Below, in pieces: positions 63,395-64,000 of a stretch of DNA of 64,000 nt. This DNA is from Carcharhinus longimanus (taxonomy: Eukaryota). The notes under the pieces were generated by a model. That model saw only the letters and a program-made list of their open reading frames with translations, was not told the DNA's origin and made no database searches. Numbering within the stretch: the first letter of the stretch is position 1; each line of letters starts with the position of its first letter. The position numbers and the translations under genes are program-made. The stretch spans positions 53,313,614-53,377,613 of the forward strand of contig JASCQW010000081.1 of the NCBI GenBank assembly GCA_030264375.1, in the 5' to 3' direction.

Positions 63395-64000
63395 CAGCCG
63401 GCATTTCAAAATGAACCTCCCACGCTCTGTGCACTGCAGAGTGTACTCGTCTGAATCTCATTGAAAATTAATGGGTGGGGCCTATTCCCACTGGAGCGGC
63501 AGCAGCATAGATGATTGGGCCAGTGCTAAGATCAGTAGCCTGCACTGTTGGCCTCGTGATCGCTGGCCAGCCCCACAGCACCCCCCGCATCACCAGCCAT
63601 GCGACCACCCCCTCACCCCAATCCCAGTGACCCAACTGTTGACTACCCACCACTAACCCCCACCCTGACAACTAGCCGGCCTCCCTCCCTCTGTCACTCA
63701 GCCTGAGTGCAGAGTGAAAGCAGGCCCTCCCTCCCTTAGGCCCCACACACCCTTGGCACAGCCTGATGCCTGGTGGGCAGGGGCCACTGTGGTGCCTGAC
63801 ACTCTGGTAGGCCTCACGTGCCGTGNNNNNNNNNNNNNNNNNNNNNNNNNNNNNNNNNNNNNNNNNNNNNNNNNNNNNNNNNNNNNNNNNNNNNNNNNNN
63901 NNNNNNNAATTCGGCTGGAGTGAACCACTCCTGGCCGGGGGCAGCGGGGAGAGAGAGGAGAGACACTAATGGGCCTGGAGATTTCTGTCCAGACCTGCTA
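63395..64000. repeat. GC-rich unclassified interspersed repeat in a PRG4 intron, with gap
   Basis: Abrupt shift to GC-rich composition around an N gap; no PRG4-like coding seen. Confidence 0.4.

Noticed and set aside
63468-63930. Pro/His-rich ORFs as possible PRG4 mucin domain
   Set aside because: Pro-rich reading is on the wrong strand, lacks Thr-rich tandem repeats and convincing splice sites; looks like a GC-rich repeat

Overview
Eukaryotic, AT-rich, repeat-rich genomic DNA, most likely from a shark or other elasmobranch (inferred from the HE1/V-SINE-like SINEs and the CR1/Penelope-like repeat set). It is a draft assembly with many N gaps. The + strand carries the 3' part of TPR (nuclear basket nucleoprotein): 29 coding exons from 2199 to the TGA at 60390-60392. 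I spliced these by hand into one open frame of 4134 nt (1377 aa plus stop), and one intron needs a GC donor. The - strand at the right end carries the last three coding exons of PRG4 (lubricin, hemopexin-like C-terminus), which the ORF track misses. The PRG4 stop lies about 130 bp from the TPR stop, and the poly(A) signal positions imply overlapping antisense 3' ends. The introns hold CR1, Rex/Babar-like and other LINE remnants, tRNA-derived SINEs, and Penelope-like elements carrying minimal hammerhead-ribozyme motifs (one with an intact core). There is also an orphan neuroligin-1-like exon fragment next to a gap. Homology calls rest on my recall of human protein sequences and repeat consensuses, not on searches. 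I found no prokaryote-type system. The best leads are the interlocked TPR/PRG4 3' ends, the hammerhead motifs and the neuroligin fragment.
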